DNA from: Eledone cirrhosa
Taxonomy: Eukaryota
Reading direction: 5' to 3'
Assembly: GCA_964016885.1 (NCBI GenBank)
Contig: OZ024740.1
Span: 11,160,001-11,224,000, forward strand
DNA: 64,000 bases
Part shown: positions 30,001 to 45,780 of the stretch, one piece after another
How positions within the stretch are numbered: position 1 is the first letter of the stretch
Layout of the letters: each line of letters opens with the position of its first letter
Made by a program: the position numbers and the translations under genes
Notes under the pieces: model-generated
Database searches by the model: none
The model's input: only the letters and a program-made list of their open reading frames with translations
What the model was told of the DNA's origin: nothing

Positions 30001-33000
30001 TAACAACTCTGCCTAACCACTCTGCCATTCAATCTGACGTTCTAACAACTCTGCCATTCTAATAACTCTGCCATTCTATCTGACGTTCTAACCACTCTGC
30101 CATTCAATCTGACGTTCTAACAACTCTGCCATTTTATCTGACGTTCTAACCACTCTGCCATTCTACCCGACGTTCTAACAACTCTACCATTCTATCTGAC
30201 GTTCTAACAACTCTACCATTCTATCTGGCTTTCTAACGACTCTACCATTCTATCTGACGTTCTAACAACTCTGCCATTCTATCTGAGATTCTAACAACTC
30301 TGCCATTCTATCTGATGTTCTAACCACTCTGCCATTCTATCTGCCGTTCTAACAACTCTGCCATTCTACCTGAGATTCTAACAACTCTGCCATTCTATCT
30401 GAGATTCTAACAACTCTGCCATTCTATCTGAGATTCTAACCACTCTGCCATTCTAACAACTCTGCCATTCTATCTGATGTTCTAACCACTCTGCCATTCT
30501 ATCTGCCGTTCTAACAACTCTGCCATTCTATCTGAGATTCTAACAACTCTGCCATTCTATCTGACGTTCTAACAACTCTACCATTCTTTCTGACGTTCTA
30601 ACCACTCTGCCATTCTATCTGACGTGCTAACAACTCTGCCATTTTATCGGACCTTCTAACAACTCTGCCATTCTATCTGACGTTCTAACCACTCTGCCAT
30701 TCTAACAACTCTGCCATTCTATCTGACGTTCTAACCACTCTACCATTCTATATGAGATTCTAACAACTCTACCATTCTATCTGCCGTTCTAACCACTCTA
30801 CCATTCTATCTGAGATTCTAACAACTCTACCATTCTATCTGACGTTCTAACAACTCTACCATTCTATATGAGATTCTAACAACTCTACCATTCTATCTGC
30901 CGTTCTAACCACTCTACCATTCTATCTGAGATTCTAACAACTCTACCATTCTATCTGACGTTCTAACAACTATACCATTCTATCTGAGATTCTAACAACT
31001 CTACCATTCTATCTGCCGTTCTAACCACTCTACCATTCTATCTGAGATTCTAAAAACTCTACCATTCTATCTGACGTTCTAACCACTCTACCATTCTATA
31101 TGAGATTCTAACAACTCTACCATTCTATCTGCCGTTCTAACCACTCTACCATTCTATCTGAGATTCTAAAAACTCTACCATTCTATCTGACGTTCTAACA
31201 ACTCTACCATTCTATATGAGATTCTAACAACTCTACCATTCTATCTGCCGTTCTAACCACTCTACCATTCTATCTGAGATTCTAAAAACTCTACCATTCT
31301 ATCTGACGTTCTAACCACTCTACCATTCTATCTGAGATTCGAACAACTCTACCATTCTATCTGACGTTCTAACCACCCTGCCATTCTACCCGACGTTCTA
31401 ACCACCCTGCCATTCTACCCGACGTTCTAACAACTCTGGCATTCTATCTACCATTCTATCTGACGTTCTAACAACTCTGCCATTCTACCTGACGTTCTAA
31501 CCACTCTGCCATTCTACCTGACGTTCTAACAACTCTGCCATTCTATCTGACATTCTAACAACTCTGCCATTCTAACAACTCTGCCATTCTACCTGACGTT
31601 CTAACAACTCTGCCATTCTATCTGAGGTTCTAACAACTCTACCATTCTATCTGACGTTCTAACCACTCTGCCATTCTACCCGACGTTCTAACCACTCTAC
31701 CATTCTACCTGACGTTCTAACAACTCTGCCATTCTTTCTGACGTTCTAACAACTCTGCAATTCTTTCTGACGTTCTTACAACGCTGCCATTCTATCTGAC
31801 GTTCTAACAACTCTGCCATTCTATCTGACGTTCTAACAACTCTGCCATTCTATCTGAGATTCTAACAACTCTGCCATTCTATCTGATGTTCTAACCACTC
31901 ATCCATTCTGACAACTCTGCCATTCTATCTGAGATTCTCACAACTCTGCCATTCTATGTGAGATTCTAACCACTCTGCCAGTCTATCTGCCGTTCTAACA
32001 ACTCTGCCATTCTATCTGCCGTTCTAACAACTCATCCATTCTAACAACTCTGCCATTCTATCTGACGTTCTAACCAACGTTCTAACAACTCTGCCATTCT
32101 ATCTGACGTTCTAACCAACGTTCTAACAACTCTGCCATTCTATCTGAGATTCTAACAACTCTGCCATTCTATCTGACGTTCTAACCACTCTGCCATTCTA
32201 CCCGACGTTCTAACCACTCTACCATTCTACCTGACGTACTAACAACTCTGCCATTCTTTCTGACGTTCTAACAACTGCCATTCTATCTGACGTTCTAACA
32301 ACTCTACCATTCTATCTGACGTTCTAACAACTCTGCCATTCTATCTGACGTTCTAACCTCCCTGCCATTCTATCTGACGTTCTAACAACTCTGCCATTCT
32401 ATCTGAGATTCTAACAGCTCTGCCATTCTATCTGATGTTCTAACCACTCTGCCATTCTATCTGCCGTTCTAACAACTCTGCCATTCTATCTGCCGTTCTA
32501 ACCGCTCTGCCATTCTATCTGACGTTCTAACAACTCTGCCATTCTATCTGAGATTCTAACAACTCTGCCATTCTATCTGACGTTCTAACAACTCTACCAT
32601 TCTATCTGACGTTCTAACCGCTCTGCCATTCTATCTGACGTTCTAACAACTCTGTCATTCTATCTAATGTTCTAACCACTCTGCCATTCTATCTGACGTT
32701 CTAACCACTCTGCCATTCTATCTGACGTTCTAACAACTCTGCCATTCTATCTGACGTTCTAACCACTCTGCCATTCTATCTGACGTTCTAACCACTCTGC
32801 CATTCTACCCGACGTTCTAACCACTCTGCCATTCTACCTGACGTTCTAACAACTCTGCCATTCTACCCGACGTTCTAACCACTCTGCCATTCTACCTGAC
32901 GTTCTAACAACTCTGCCATTCTACCCGACGTTCTAACCACTCTGCCATTCTACCTGACATTCTAACAACTCTGCCTAACCACTCTGCCATTCAATCTGAT

Positions 33001-36000
33001 GTTCTAACAACTCTGCCATTCTACCTGACATTCTAACAACTCTGCCATTCTATCTGAGATTCTAACAACTCTGCCATTCTATCTGATGTTCTAACCACTC
33101 TGCCATTCTACCCGACGTTCTAACCACTCTGCCATTCTACCTGACGTTCTAACAACTCTGACATTCTACCCGACGTTCTAACCACTCTGCCATTCTATCT
33201 GAGATTCTAACAACTCTGCCATTCTATCTGACATTCTAACAACTCTGCCTAACCACTCTGCCATTCAATCTGACGTTCTAACAACTCTGCCATTCAATCT
33301 GACGTTCTAACCACTCTGCCATTCAATCTGACGTTCTAACAACTCTGCCATTTTATCTGACGTTCTAACCACTCTGCCATTCTACCCGACGTCCTAACCA
33401 CTCTACCATTCTACCTGACGTTCTAACAACTCTGCCTAACCACTCTGCCATTCAATCTGACGTTTTAACAACTCTGCCATTCTATCTGACGTTCTAACCA
33501 CTCTGCCATTCTACCTGACGTTCTAACCAATCTGCCATTCTACCTGACGTTCTAACAACTCTGCCATTCTATCTGACATTCTAACAACTCTGCCATTCTA
33601 ACAACTCTGCCATTCTACCTGACGTTCTAACAACTCTGCCATTCTATCTGAGGTTCTAACAACTCTACCATTCTATCTGACGTTCTAACCACTCTGCCAT
33701 TCTATCTGACGTTCTAACAACTCTGCCATTCTATCTAAGATTCTAACAACTCTGCCATTCTATCTGACGTTCTAACCACTCTGCCATTCAATCTGACGTT
33801 CTAACAACTCTACCATTCTACCCGACGTTCTAACCACTCTACCATTCTACCTGACGTTCTAACAACTCTGCCATTCTATCTGACGTTCTAACAACTCTGC
33901 CATTCTATCTGAGATTCTAACAACTCTGCCATTCTATCTGATGTTCTAACCACTCTGCCATTCTAACAACTCTGCCATTCTATCTGAGATTCTAACAACT
34001 CTGCCATTCTATCTGAGATTCTAACCACTCTGCCATTCTAACAACTCTGCCATTCTATATGCCGTTCTAACAACTCTGCCATTCTATCTGAGATTCTAAC
34101 AACTCTACCAATCTATCTGACGTTCTAACAACTCTACCATTCTATATGAGATTCTAACAACTCTACCATTCTATCTGCCGTTCTAACCACTCTACCATTC
34201 TATCTGAGATTCTAACAACTCTACCATTCTATCTGACGTTCTAACCACTCTACCATTCTATCTGAGATTCTAACAACTCTACCATTCTATCTGACGTTCT
34301 AACCACCCTGCCATTCTACCCGACGTTCTAACCACCCTGCCATTCTACCCGACGTTCTAACAACTCTGGCATTCTATCTACCATTCTATCTGACGTTCTA
34401 ACAACTCTGCCATTCTACCCGACGTTCTAACCACTCTGCCATTCTACCTGACGTTTTAACCACTCTGCCATTCTACCTGACGTTCTAACAACTCTGCCAT
34501 TCTATCTGACGTTCTAACAACTCTGCCATTCTACCCGACGTTCTAACCACTCTGCCATTCTACCTGACGTTCTAACCACTCTGCCATTCTACCCGACGTT
34601 CTAACCACTCTGCCATTCTACCTGACGTTCTAACAATTCTGCCATTCTACCCGACGTTCTAACCACTCTGCCATTCTACCTGACGTTCTAACAACTCTGC
34701 CATTCTACCCGACGTTCTAACCACTCTGCCATTTTACCTGACATTCTAACAACTCTGCCTAACCACTCTGCCATTCAATCTGACGTTCTAACAACTCTGT
34801 CATTCTAATAACTCTGCCATTCAATCTGACGTTCTAACAACTCTGCCATTTTACCTGACATTCTAACAACTCTGCCTAACCACTCTGCCATTCAATCTGA
34901 CGTTCTAACAACTCTGCCATTCTAATAACTCTGCCATTCTATCTGACGTTCTAACCACTCTGCCATTCAATCTGACGTTCTAACAACTCTGCCATTTTAT
35001 CTGACGTTCTAACCACTCTGCCATTCTACCCGACGTTCTAACAACTCTACCATTCTATCTGACGTTCTAACAACTCTACCATTCTATCTGGCTTTCTAAC
35101 GACTCTACCATTCTATCTGACGTTCTAACAACTCTGCCATTCTATCTGAGATTCTAACAACTCTGCCATTCTATCTGATGTTCTAACCACTCTGCCATTC
35201 TATCTGCCGTTCTAACAACTCTGCCATTCTACCTGAGATTCTAACAACTCTGCCATTCTATCTGAGATTCTAACAACTCTGCCATTCTATCTGAGATTCT
35301 AACCACTCTGCCATTCTAACAACTCTGCCATTCTATCTGATGTTCTAACCACTCTGCCATTCTATCTGCCGTTCTAACAACTCTGCCATTCTATCTGAGA
35401 TTCTAACAACTCTGCCATTCTATCTGACGTTCTAACAACTCTACCATTCTTTCTGACGTTCTAACCACTCTGCCATTCTATCTGACGTGCTAACAACTCT
35501 GCCATTTTATCGGACCTTCTAACAACTCTGCCATTCTATCTGACGTTCTAACCACTCTGCCATTCTAACAACTCTGCCATTCTATCTGACGTTCTAACCA
35601 CTCTACCATTCTATATGAGATTCTAACAACTCTACCATTCTATCTGCCGTTCTAACCACTCTACCATTCTATCTGAGATTCTAACAACTCTACCATTCTA
35701 TCTGACGTTCTAACAACTCTACCATTCTATATGAGATTCTAACAACTCTACCATTCTATCTGCCGTTCTAACCACTCTACCATTCTATCTGAGATTCTAA
35801 CAACTCTACCATTCTATCTGACGTTCTAACAACTATACCATTCTATCTGAGATTCTAACAACTCTACCATTCTATCTGCCGTTCTAACCACTCTACCATT
35901 CTATCTGAGATTCTAAAAACTCTACCATTCTATCTGACGTTCTAACCACTCTACCATTCTATATGAGATTCTAACAACTCTACCATTCTATCTGCCGTTC

Positions 36001-39000
36001 TAACCACTCTACCATTCTATCTGAGATTCTAAAAACTCTACCATTCTATCTGACGTTCTAACAACTCTACCATTCTATATGAGATTCTAACAACTCTACC
36101 ATTCTATCTGCCGTTCTAACCACTCTACCATTCTATCTGAGATTCTAAAAACTCTACCATTCTATCTGACGTTCTAACCACCCTGCCATTCTACCCGACG
36201 TTCTAACCACCCTGCCATTCTACCCGACGTTCTAACAACTCTGGCATTCTATCTACCATTCTATCTGACGTTCTAACAACTCTGCCATTCTACCTGACGT
36301 TCTAACCACTCTGCCATTCTACCTGACGTTCTAACAACTCTGCCATTCTATCTGACGTTCTAACAACTCTGCCATTCTATCTGACGTTCTAACAACTCTG
36401 CCATTCTACCCGACGTTCTAACCACTCTGCCATTCTACCTGACGTTCTAACCACTCTGCCATTCTACCCGACGTTCTAACCACTCTGCCATTCTACCTGA
36501 CGTTCTAACAACTCTGCCATTCTACCCGACGTTCTAACCACTCTGCCATTCTACCTGACGTTCTAACAACTCTGCCATTCTACCCGACGTTCTAACCACT
36601 CTGCCATTCTACCTGACATTCTAACAACTCTGCCTAACCACTCTGCCATTCAATCTGACGTTCTAACAACTCTGCCATTCAATCTGACGTTCTAACAACT
36701 CTGCCATTCTATCTGACGTTCTAACCCCTCTGCCATTCAATCAGACGTTCTAACAACTCTGCCATTTTATCTGACGTTCTAACCACTCTGCCATTCTACC
36801 CGACGTTCTAACCACTCTACCATTCTACCTGACGTTCTAACAACTCTGCCTAACCACTCTGCCATTCAATCTGACGTTTTAACAACTCTGCCATTCTATC
36901 TGACGTTCTAACAACTCTGCCATTCTATCTGACGTTCTAACCACTCTGCCATTCTACCTGACGTTCTAACCAATCTGCCATTCTACCTGACGTTCTAACA
37001 ACTCTGCCATTCTATCTGACATTCTAACAACTCTGCCATTCTAACAACTCTGCCATTCTACCTGACGTTCTAACAACTCTGCCATTCTTTCTGAGGTTCT
37101 AACAACTCTACCATTCTATCTGACGTTCTAACCACTATGCCATTCTATCTGACGTTCTAACAACTCTGCCATTCTATCTAAGATTCTAACAACTCTGCCA
37201 TTCTATCTGACGTTCTAACCACTCTGCCATTCAATCTGACGTTCTAACAACTCTACCATTCTACCCGACGTTTTAACCACTCTACCATTCTACCTGACGT
37301 TCTAACAACTCTGCCATTCTATCTGAGATTCTAACAACTCTGCCATTCTATCTGAGATTCTAACCACTCTGCCATTCTAACAACTCTGCCATTCTATCTG
37401 AGATTCTAACAACTCTACCATTCTATCTGACGTTCTAACAACTCTACCATTCTATCTGCCGTTCTAACCACTCTACCATTCTATCTGAGATTCTAACAAC
37501 TCTACCATTCTATCTGACGTTCTAACCACTCTACCATTCTATCTGAGATTCTAACAACTCTACCATTCTATCTGACGTTCTAACCACCCTGCCATTCTAC
37601 CCGACGTTCTAACCACCCTGCCATTCTACCCGACGTTCTAACAACTCTGGCATTCTATCTACCATTCTATCTGACGTTCTAACAACTCTGCCATTCTACC
37701 CGACGTTCTAACCACTCTGCCATTCTACCTGACGTTCTAACCACTCTACCATTCTACCTGACGTTCTAACCACTCTGCCATTCTACCTGACGTTCTAACA
37801 ACTCTGCCATTCTATCTGACGTTCTAACAACTCTGCCATTCTACCCGATGTTCTAACCACTCTGCCATTCTACCTGACGTTCTAACCACTCTGCCATTCT
37901 ACCCGACGTTCTAACCACTCTGCCATTCTACCTGACGTTCTAACAACTCTGCCATTCTACCCGACGTTCTAACCACTCTGCCATTCTACCTGACGTTCTA
38001 ACAACTCTGCCATTCTACCCGACGTTCTAACCACTCTGCCATTCTAGCTGACATTCTAACAACTCTGCCTAACCACTCTGCCATTCAATCTGACGTTCTA
38101 ACCACCCTGCCATTCTATCTGACGTGCTAACAACTCTGCCATTTTATCGGACCTTCTAACAACTCTGCCATTCTATCTGACGTTCTAACCACTCTGCCAT
38201 TCTAACAACTCTGCCATTCTATCTGACGTTCTAACCACTCTACCATTCTATATGAGATTCTAACAACTCTACCATTCTATCTGCCGTTCTAACCACTCTA
38301 CCATTCAATCTGAGATTCTAACAACTCTACCATTCTATCTGACGTTCTAACAACTCTACCATTCTATATGAGATTCTAACAACTCTACCATTCTATCTGC
38401 CGTTCTAACCACTCTACCATTCTATCTGAGATTCTAACAACTCTACCATTCTATCTGACGTTCTAACAACTCTACCATTCTATATGAGATTCTAACAACT
38501 CTACCATTCTATCTGCCGTTCTAACCACTCTACCATTCTATCTGAGATTCTAAAAACTCTACCATTCTATCTGACGTTCTAACCACTCTACCATTCTATC
38601 TGAGATTCTAACAACTCTACCATTCTATCTGACGTTCTAACCAACCTGCCATTCTACCCGACGTTCTAACCACCCTGCCATTCTACCCGACGTTCTAACA
38701 ACTCTGGCATTCTATCTACCATTCTATCTGACGTTCTAACAACTCTGCCATTCTACCTGACGTTCTAACCACTCTGCCATTCTACCTGACGTTCTAACAA
38801 CTCTGCCATTCTATCTGACGTTCTAACAACTCTGCCATTCTATCTGACGTTCTAACAACTCTGCCATTCTACCCGACGTTCTAACCACTCTGCCATTCTA
38901 CCTGACGTTCTAACCACTCTGCCATTCTACCCGACGTTCTAACCACTCTGCCATTCTACCTGACGTTCTAACAACTCTGCCATTCTACCCGACGTTCTAA

Positions 39001-42000
39001 CCACTCTGCCATTCTACCTGACGTTCTAACAACTCTGCCATTCTACCCGACGTTCTAACCACTCTGCCATTTTACCTGACATTCTAACAACTCTGCCTAA
39101 CCACTCTGCCATTCAATCTGACGTTCTAACAACTCTGCCATTCAATCTGACGTTCTAACAACTCTGCCATTCTATCTGACGTTCTAACCACTCTGCCATT
39201 CAATCTGACGTTCTAACAACTCTGCCATTTTATCTGACGTTCTAACCACTCTGCCATTCTACCCGACGTTCTAACCACTCTACCATTCTACCTGACGTTC
39301 TAACAACTCTGCCTAACCACTCTGCCATTCAATCTGACGTTTTAACAACTCTGCCATTCTATCTGACGTTCTAACCACTCTGCCATTCTACCTGACGTTC
39401 TAACCAATCTGCCATTCTATCTGACATTCTAACAACTCTGCCATTCTAACAACTCTGCCATTCTACCTGACGTTCTAACAACTCTGCCATTCTTTCTGAG
39501 GTTCTAACAACTCTACCATTCTATCTGACGTTCTAACAACTCTACCATTCTATCTGACGTTCTAACAACTCTGCCATTCTATCTGACGTTCTAACAACTC
39601 TACCATTCTATCTGACGTTCTAACCACTCTACCATTCTATCTGACGTTCTAACCACTCTGCCATTCTATCTGAGATTCTAACAACTCTGCCATTCTATCT
39701 GACGTTCTAACCACCCTGCCATTCTACCTGACGTTCTAACAACTCTGCCATTCTATCTGAGGTTCTAACAACTCTACCATTCTATCTGACGTTCTAACCA
39801 CTCTGCCATTCTATCTGACGTTCTAACAACTCTACCATTCTATCTGACGTTCTAACCACCCTGCCATTCTACCTGACGTTCTAACAACTCTGCCATTCTA
39901 TCAAAGATTCTAACAACTCTGCCATTCTATCTGACGTTCTAACCACTCTGCCATTCAATCTGACGTTCTAACAACTCTGCCATTCTATCTGACGTTCTAA
40001 CCACCCTGCCATTCTACCTGACGTTCTAACAACTCAGCCATTCTATCTAAGATTCTAACAACTCTGCCATTCTATCTGACGTTCTAACCACTCTACCATT
40101 CTACCTGACGTTCTAACAACTCTGCCATTCTATCTGAGGTTCTAACCACTCTGCCATTCTATCTGACGTTCTAACAACTCTGCCATTCTATCTGATGTTC
40201 TAACCACTCTGCCATTCTATCTGCCGTTCTAACAACTCTGCCATTCTATCTGAGATTCTAACAACTCTGCCATTCTATCTGACGTTCTAACCGCTCTGCC
40301 ATTCTATCTGACGTTCTAACAACTCTGCCATTCTATATGCCGTTCTAACAACTCTGCCATTCTATCTGACGTTCTAACAACTCTACCATTCTATCTGACG
40401 TTCTAACCGCTCTGCCATTCTATCTGACGTTCTAACAACTCTACCATTCTATCTGACGTGCTAACAACTCTGCCATTTTATCGGACCTTCTAACAACTCT
40501 GCCATTCTATCTGACGTTCTAACCACTCTGCCATTCTTTCTGACGTTCTAACCACTCTGCCATTCTATCTGATGTTCTTACCACTCTTCCATTCTTTCTG
40601 ACGTTCTAACCACTCTGCCATTCTATCTGACGTGCTAACAACTCTGCCATTTTATCGGACCTTCTAACAACTCTGCCATTCTATCTGACGTTCTAACCAC
40701 TCTGCCATTCTAACAACTCTGCCATTCTATCTGACGTTCTAACTAACTCTACCATTCTATATGAGATTCTAACAACTCTACCATTCTATCTGCCGTTCTA
40801 ACCACTCTACCATTCTATCTGAGATTCTAACAACTCTACCATTCTATCTGACGTTCTAACAACTCTACCATTCTATATGAGATTCTAACAACTCTACCAT
40901 TCTATCTGCCGTTCTAACCACTCTACCATTCTATCTGAGATTCTAACAACTCTACCATTCTATCTGACGTTCTAACAACTCTACCATTCTATCTGACGTT
41001 CTAACAACTCTACCATTCTATCTGACGTTCTAACAACTCTACCATTCTATATGAGATTCTAACAACTCTACCATTCTATCTGACGTTCTAACCACCCTGC
41101 CATTCTACCCGACGTTCTAACCACCCTGCCATTCTACCCGACGTTCTAACAACTCTGGCATTCTATCTACCATTCTATCTGACGTTCTAACAACTCTGCC
41201 ATTCTACCTGACGTTCTAACCACTCTGCCATTCTACCCGACGTTCTAACCACTCTGCCATTCTACCTGACGTTCTAACCACTCTGCCATTCTACCCGACT
41301 TTCTAACCACTCTGCCATTCTACCTGATGTTCTAACAACTCTGCCATTCTACCCGACGTTCTAACCACTCTGCCATTCTACCTGACGTTCTAACAACTCT
41401 GCCATTCTACCCGACGTTCTAACCACTCTGCCATTCTACCTGACATTCTAACAACTCTGCCTAACCACTCTGCCATTCAATCTGACGTTCTAACAACTCT
41501 GCCATTCAATCTGACGTTCTAACCACTCTGCCATTCTACCTGACGTTCTAACCAATCTGCCATTCTATCTGACATTCTAACAACTCTGCCATTCTAACAA
41601 CTCTGCCATTCTACCTGACGTTCTAACAACTCTGCCATTCTTTCTGAGGTTCTAACAACTCTACCATTCTATCTGACGTTCTAACAACTCTGCCATTCTA
41701 TCTGACGTTCTAACAACTCTACCATTCTATCTGACGTTCTAACCACTCTACCATTCTATCTGACGTTCTAACCACTCTGCCATTCTATCTGAGATTCTAA
41801 CAACTCTGCCATTCTATCTGACGTTCTAACAACTCTACCATTCTATCTGACGTTCTAACCACTCTACCATTCTATCTGACGTTCTAACAACTCTGCCATT
41901 CTATCTGAGATTCTAACAACTCTGCCATTCTATCTGACGTTCTAACCACTCTGCCATTCAATCTGACGTTCTAACCACTCTGCCATTCTATCTGACGTTC

Positions 42001-45000
42001 TAACAACTCTACCATTCTATCTGACGTTCTAACCACCCTGCCATTCTATCTGAGGTTCTAACAACTCTACCATTCTATCTGACGTTCTAACCACTCTGCC
42101 ATTCTATCTGACGTTCTAACCACTCTGCCATTCAATCTGACGTTCTAACCACTCTGCCATTCTATCTGACGTTCTAACAACTCTACCATTCTATCTGACG
42201 TTCTAACCACTCTACCATTCTACCTGACGTTCTAACAACTCTGCCATTCTACCTGACGTTCTAACAACTCTGCCATTCTACCTGACGTTCTAACAACTCT
42301 GCCATTCTACCTGACGTTCTAACAACTCTGCCATTCTATCTGAGGTTCTAACAACTCTACCATTCTATCTGACGTTCTAACCACTCTGCCATTCTATCTG
42401 ACGTTCTAACAACTCTGCCATTCTATCTAAGATTCTAACAACTCTGCCATTCTATCTGACGTTCTAACAACTCTACCATTCTACCCGACGTTCTAACCAC
42501 TCTACCATTCTACCTGACGTTCTAACAACTCTGCCATTCTATCTGACGTTCTAACAACTCTGCCATTCTATCTGAGATTCTAACAACTCTGCCATTCTAT
42601 CTGAGATTCTAACCACTCTGCCATTCTAACAACTCTGCCATTCTATATGCCGTTCTAACAACTCTGCCATTCTATCTGAGATTCTAACAACTCTACCATT
42701 CTACCCGACGTTCTAACCACTCTACCATTCTACCTGACGTTCTAACAACTCTGCCATTCTATCTGAGGTTCTAACCACTCTGCCATTCTATCTGACGTTC
42801 TAACAACTCTGCCATTCTATCTGAGATTCTAACAACTCTGCCATTCTATCTGATGTTCTAACCACTCTGCCATTATATATGCCGTTCTAACAACTCTGCC
42901 ATTCTATCTGCCGTTCTAACAACTCTGCCATTCTATCTGAGATTCTAACCACTCTGCCATTCTAACAACTCTGCCATTCTATATGCCGTTCTAACAACTC
43001 TGCCATTCTATCTGAGATTCTAACAACTCTGCCATTCTATCTGACGTTCTAACAACTCTACCATTCTATCTGAGATTCTAACAACTCTGCCATTCTATCT
43101 GACGTTCTAACCACTCTACCATTCTATATGAGATTCTAACAACTCTACCATTCTATCTGCCGTTCTAACCACTCTACCATTCTATCTGAGATTCTAACAA
43201 CTCTACCATTCTATATGAGATTCTAACAACTCTGCCATTCTATCTGACGTTCTAACCACTCTGCCATTCTACCTGACGTTCTAACCACTCTGCCATTCTA
43301 CCTGACGTTCTAACAACTCTGCCATTCTACCCGACGTTCTAACAACTCTGGCATTCTATCTACCATTCTATCTGACGCTCTAACAACTCTGCCATTCTAC
43401 CCGACGTTCTAACCACTCTGCCATTCTATCTGACGTTCTAACAACTCTGCCATTCCATCTGACGTTCTAACAACTCTGCCAATCTACCCGACGTTCTAAC
43501 CACTCTGCCATTCTACCTGACGTTCTAACCACTCTGCCATTCTACCCGACGTTCTAACCACTCTGCCATTCTACCCGACGTTCTAACCACTCTGCCATTC
43601 TACCTGACGTTCTAACAACTCTGCCATTCTACCTGACGTTCTAACAACTCTGCCATTCTATCTGACGTTCTAACAACTCTGCCATTCCATCTGACGTTCT
43701 AACAACTCTGCCATTCCATCTGACGTTCTAACAACTCTGCCAATCTACCCGACGTTCTAACCACTCTGCCATTCTACCTGACGTTCTAACCACTCTGCCA
43801 TTCTACCCGACGTTCTAACCACTCTGCCATTCTACCTGACGTTCTAACAACTCTGCCATTCTACCCGACGTTCTAACCACTCTGCCATTCTACCCGACGT
43901 TCTAACCACTCTGCCATTCTACCTGACGTTCTAACAACTCTGCCATTCTACCCGACGTTCTAACCACTCTGCCATTCTACCCGACGTTCTAACCACTCTG
44001 CCATTCTATCTGACGTTCTAACAACTCTGCCATTCTACCTGACGTTCTAACCACTCTGCCATTCTACCTGACGTTCTAACAACTCTGCCATTCTATCTGA
44101 CGTTCTAACAACTCTGCCATTCCATCTGACGTTCTAACAACTCTGCCAATCTACCCGACGTTCTAACCACTCTGCCATTCTACCTGACGTTCTAACCACT
44201 CTGCCATTCTACCCGACGTTCTAACCACTCTGCCATTCTACCTGACGTTCTAACAACTCTGCCATTCTACCCGACGTTCTAACCACTCTGCCATTCTACC
44301 TGACGTTCTAACAACTCTGCCATTCTACCCGACGTTCTAACCACTCTGCCATTCTACCTGACGTTCTAACAACTCTGCCTAACGACTCTGCCATTCAATC
44401 TGACGATCTAACAACTCTGCCATTCTATCTGACGTTCTAACCACTCTGCCATTCTACCTGACGTTCTAACCAATCTGCCATTCTACCCGACGTTCTAACC
44501 ACTCTACCATTCTACCTGACGTTCTAACAACTCTGCCATTCTATCTGACATTCTAACAACTCTGCCATTCTAACAACTCTGCCATTCTATCTGACGTTCT
44601 AACAACTCTACCATTCTATCTGAGATTCTAACAACTCTGGCATTCTATCTGACGTTCTAACCAATCTGCCATTCTATCTTACGTTCTAGCAACTCTGCCA
44701 TTCTACCTGACGTTCTAGCAACTCTGCCATTCTATCTGACGTTCTTACAACTCTGCCATTCTATCTGACGTTCTAACCACTCTGCCATTCTATCTGACGT
44801 TCTGACAACTCTGCCATTCTATCTGATGTTCTAACAACTGTGCCATTCTATCTGACGTTCTAACCACTCTGCCATTCTATCTGACGTTCTGGCAACTCTG
44901 CCATTCTATCTGACGTTCTAGCAACTCTGCGATTCTATCTGACGTTCTGACAACTCTGCCATTCTATCTGATGTTCTAACCACTCTGTCATTCTATCTGA

Positions 45001-45780
45001 CGTTCTAGCAACTCTGCCATTCTATCTGACGTTCTAGCAACTCTGCCATTCTATCTGACGTTCTGACAACTCTGCCATTCTATCTGACGTGCTAACCACT
45101 CTGCCATTCTATCTGACGTTCTAACCACTCTGCCATTCTATCTGACGTTCTAGCAACTCTGCCATTCTATCTGACGTTCTAGCAACTCTGCCATTCTATC
45201 TGACGTTCTGACAACTCTGCCATTCTATCTGATGTTCTAACAACTCTGCCATTCTATCTGACGTGCTAACCACTCTGCCATTCTATCTGACGTTCTAACC
45301 ACTCTGCCATTCTATCTGACGTTCTAGCAACTCTGCCATTCTATCTGACGTTCTAGCAACTCTGCCATTCTATCTGACGTTCTGACAACTCTGCCATTCT
45401 ATCTGACGTTCTAGCAACTCTGCCATTCTATCTGATGGTCTAACAACTCTGCCATTCTATCTGATGGTCTAACAACTTTGCCATTATAGCAACTCTGCCA
45501 TTCTATCTGACGTTCTGACAACTCTGCCATTCTATCTGATGGTCTAACAACTCTGCCATTCTATCTGACGTTCTGACAACTCTGCCATTCTATCTGACGT
45601 TCTAACAACTCTGCCATTCTATCTGACGTTCTGACAACTCTGCCATTCTATCTGATGGTCTAACAACTCTGCCATTCTATCTGACGTTCTGACAACTCTG
45701 CCATTCTATCTGATGGTCTAACAACTCTGCCATTCTATCTGATGGTCTAACAACTCTGCCATTCTAGCAACTCTGCCATT
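1..45780. repeat. 29-bp tandem satellite array (consensus TTCTAACAACTCTGCCATTCTATCTGACG), about 1,580 units, continuing beyond the left window edge
   Basis: The 29-bp period is read directly (units at 12-40, 41-69). Each unit is a 17-mer plus a 12-mer, both starting TTCTA. Variants include AAC/ACC, TGCC/TACC and GACG/GAGA/GCCG/GATG. The ORF track lists nothing in this region. The array ends abruptly at CTCTGCCATT|TCACTGCTG. Confidence 0.99.
16800..36200. repeat. Higher-order repeat domain: 8,245-bp super-unit made of alternating 3,382-bp and 4,863-bp blocks
   Basis: Rare variant GCTTTCTAACGAC at 18601, 21983, 26846, 30228, 35091. The G of TTCGAAC falls at 19714, 23096, 27959, 31341. CTACCAATCTATC recurs near 17621, 25866, 34111. 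Domain boundaries are approximate. Confidence 0.92.

Noticed and set aside
1-45780. CRISPR array
   Set aside because: Units are contiguous with no unique spacers, there are no cas genes, and the context is eukaryotic.
1-45780. Coding tandem repeat
   Set aside because: 29 is not a multiple of 3, TAA/TGA (plus) and TAG (minus) stops cycle through all frames, and the ORF track is empty here.
1-45780. Telomeric repeat, suggested by CTAACC and the C-rich strand
   Set aside because: No tandem CCCTAA or CCTAA runs. A subtelomeric location cannot be judged from this window.
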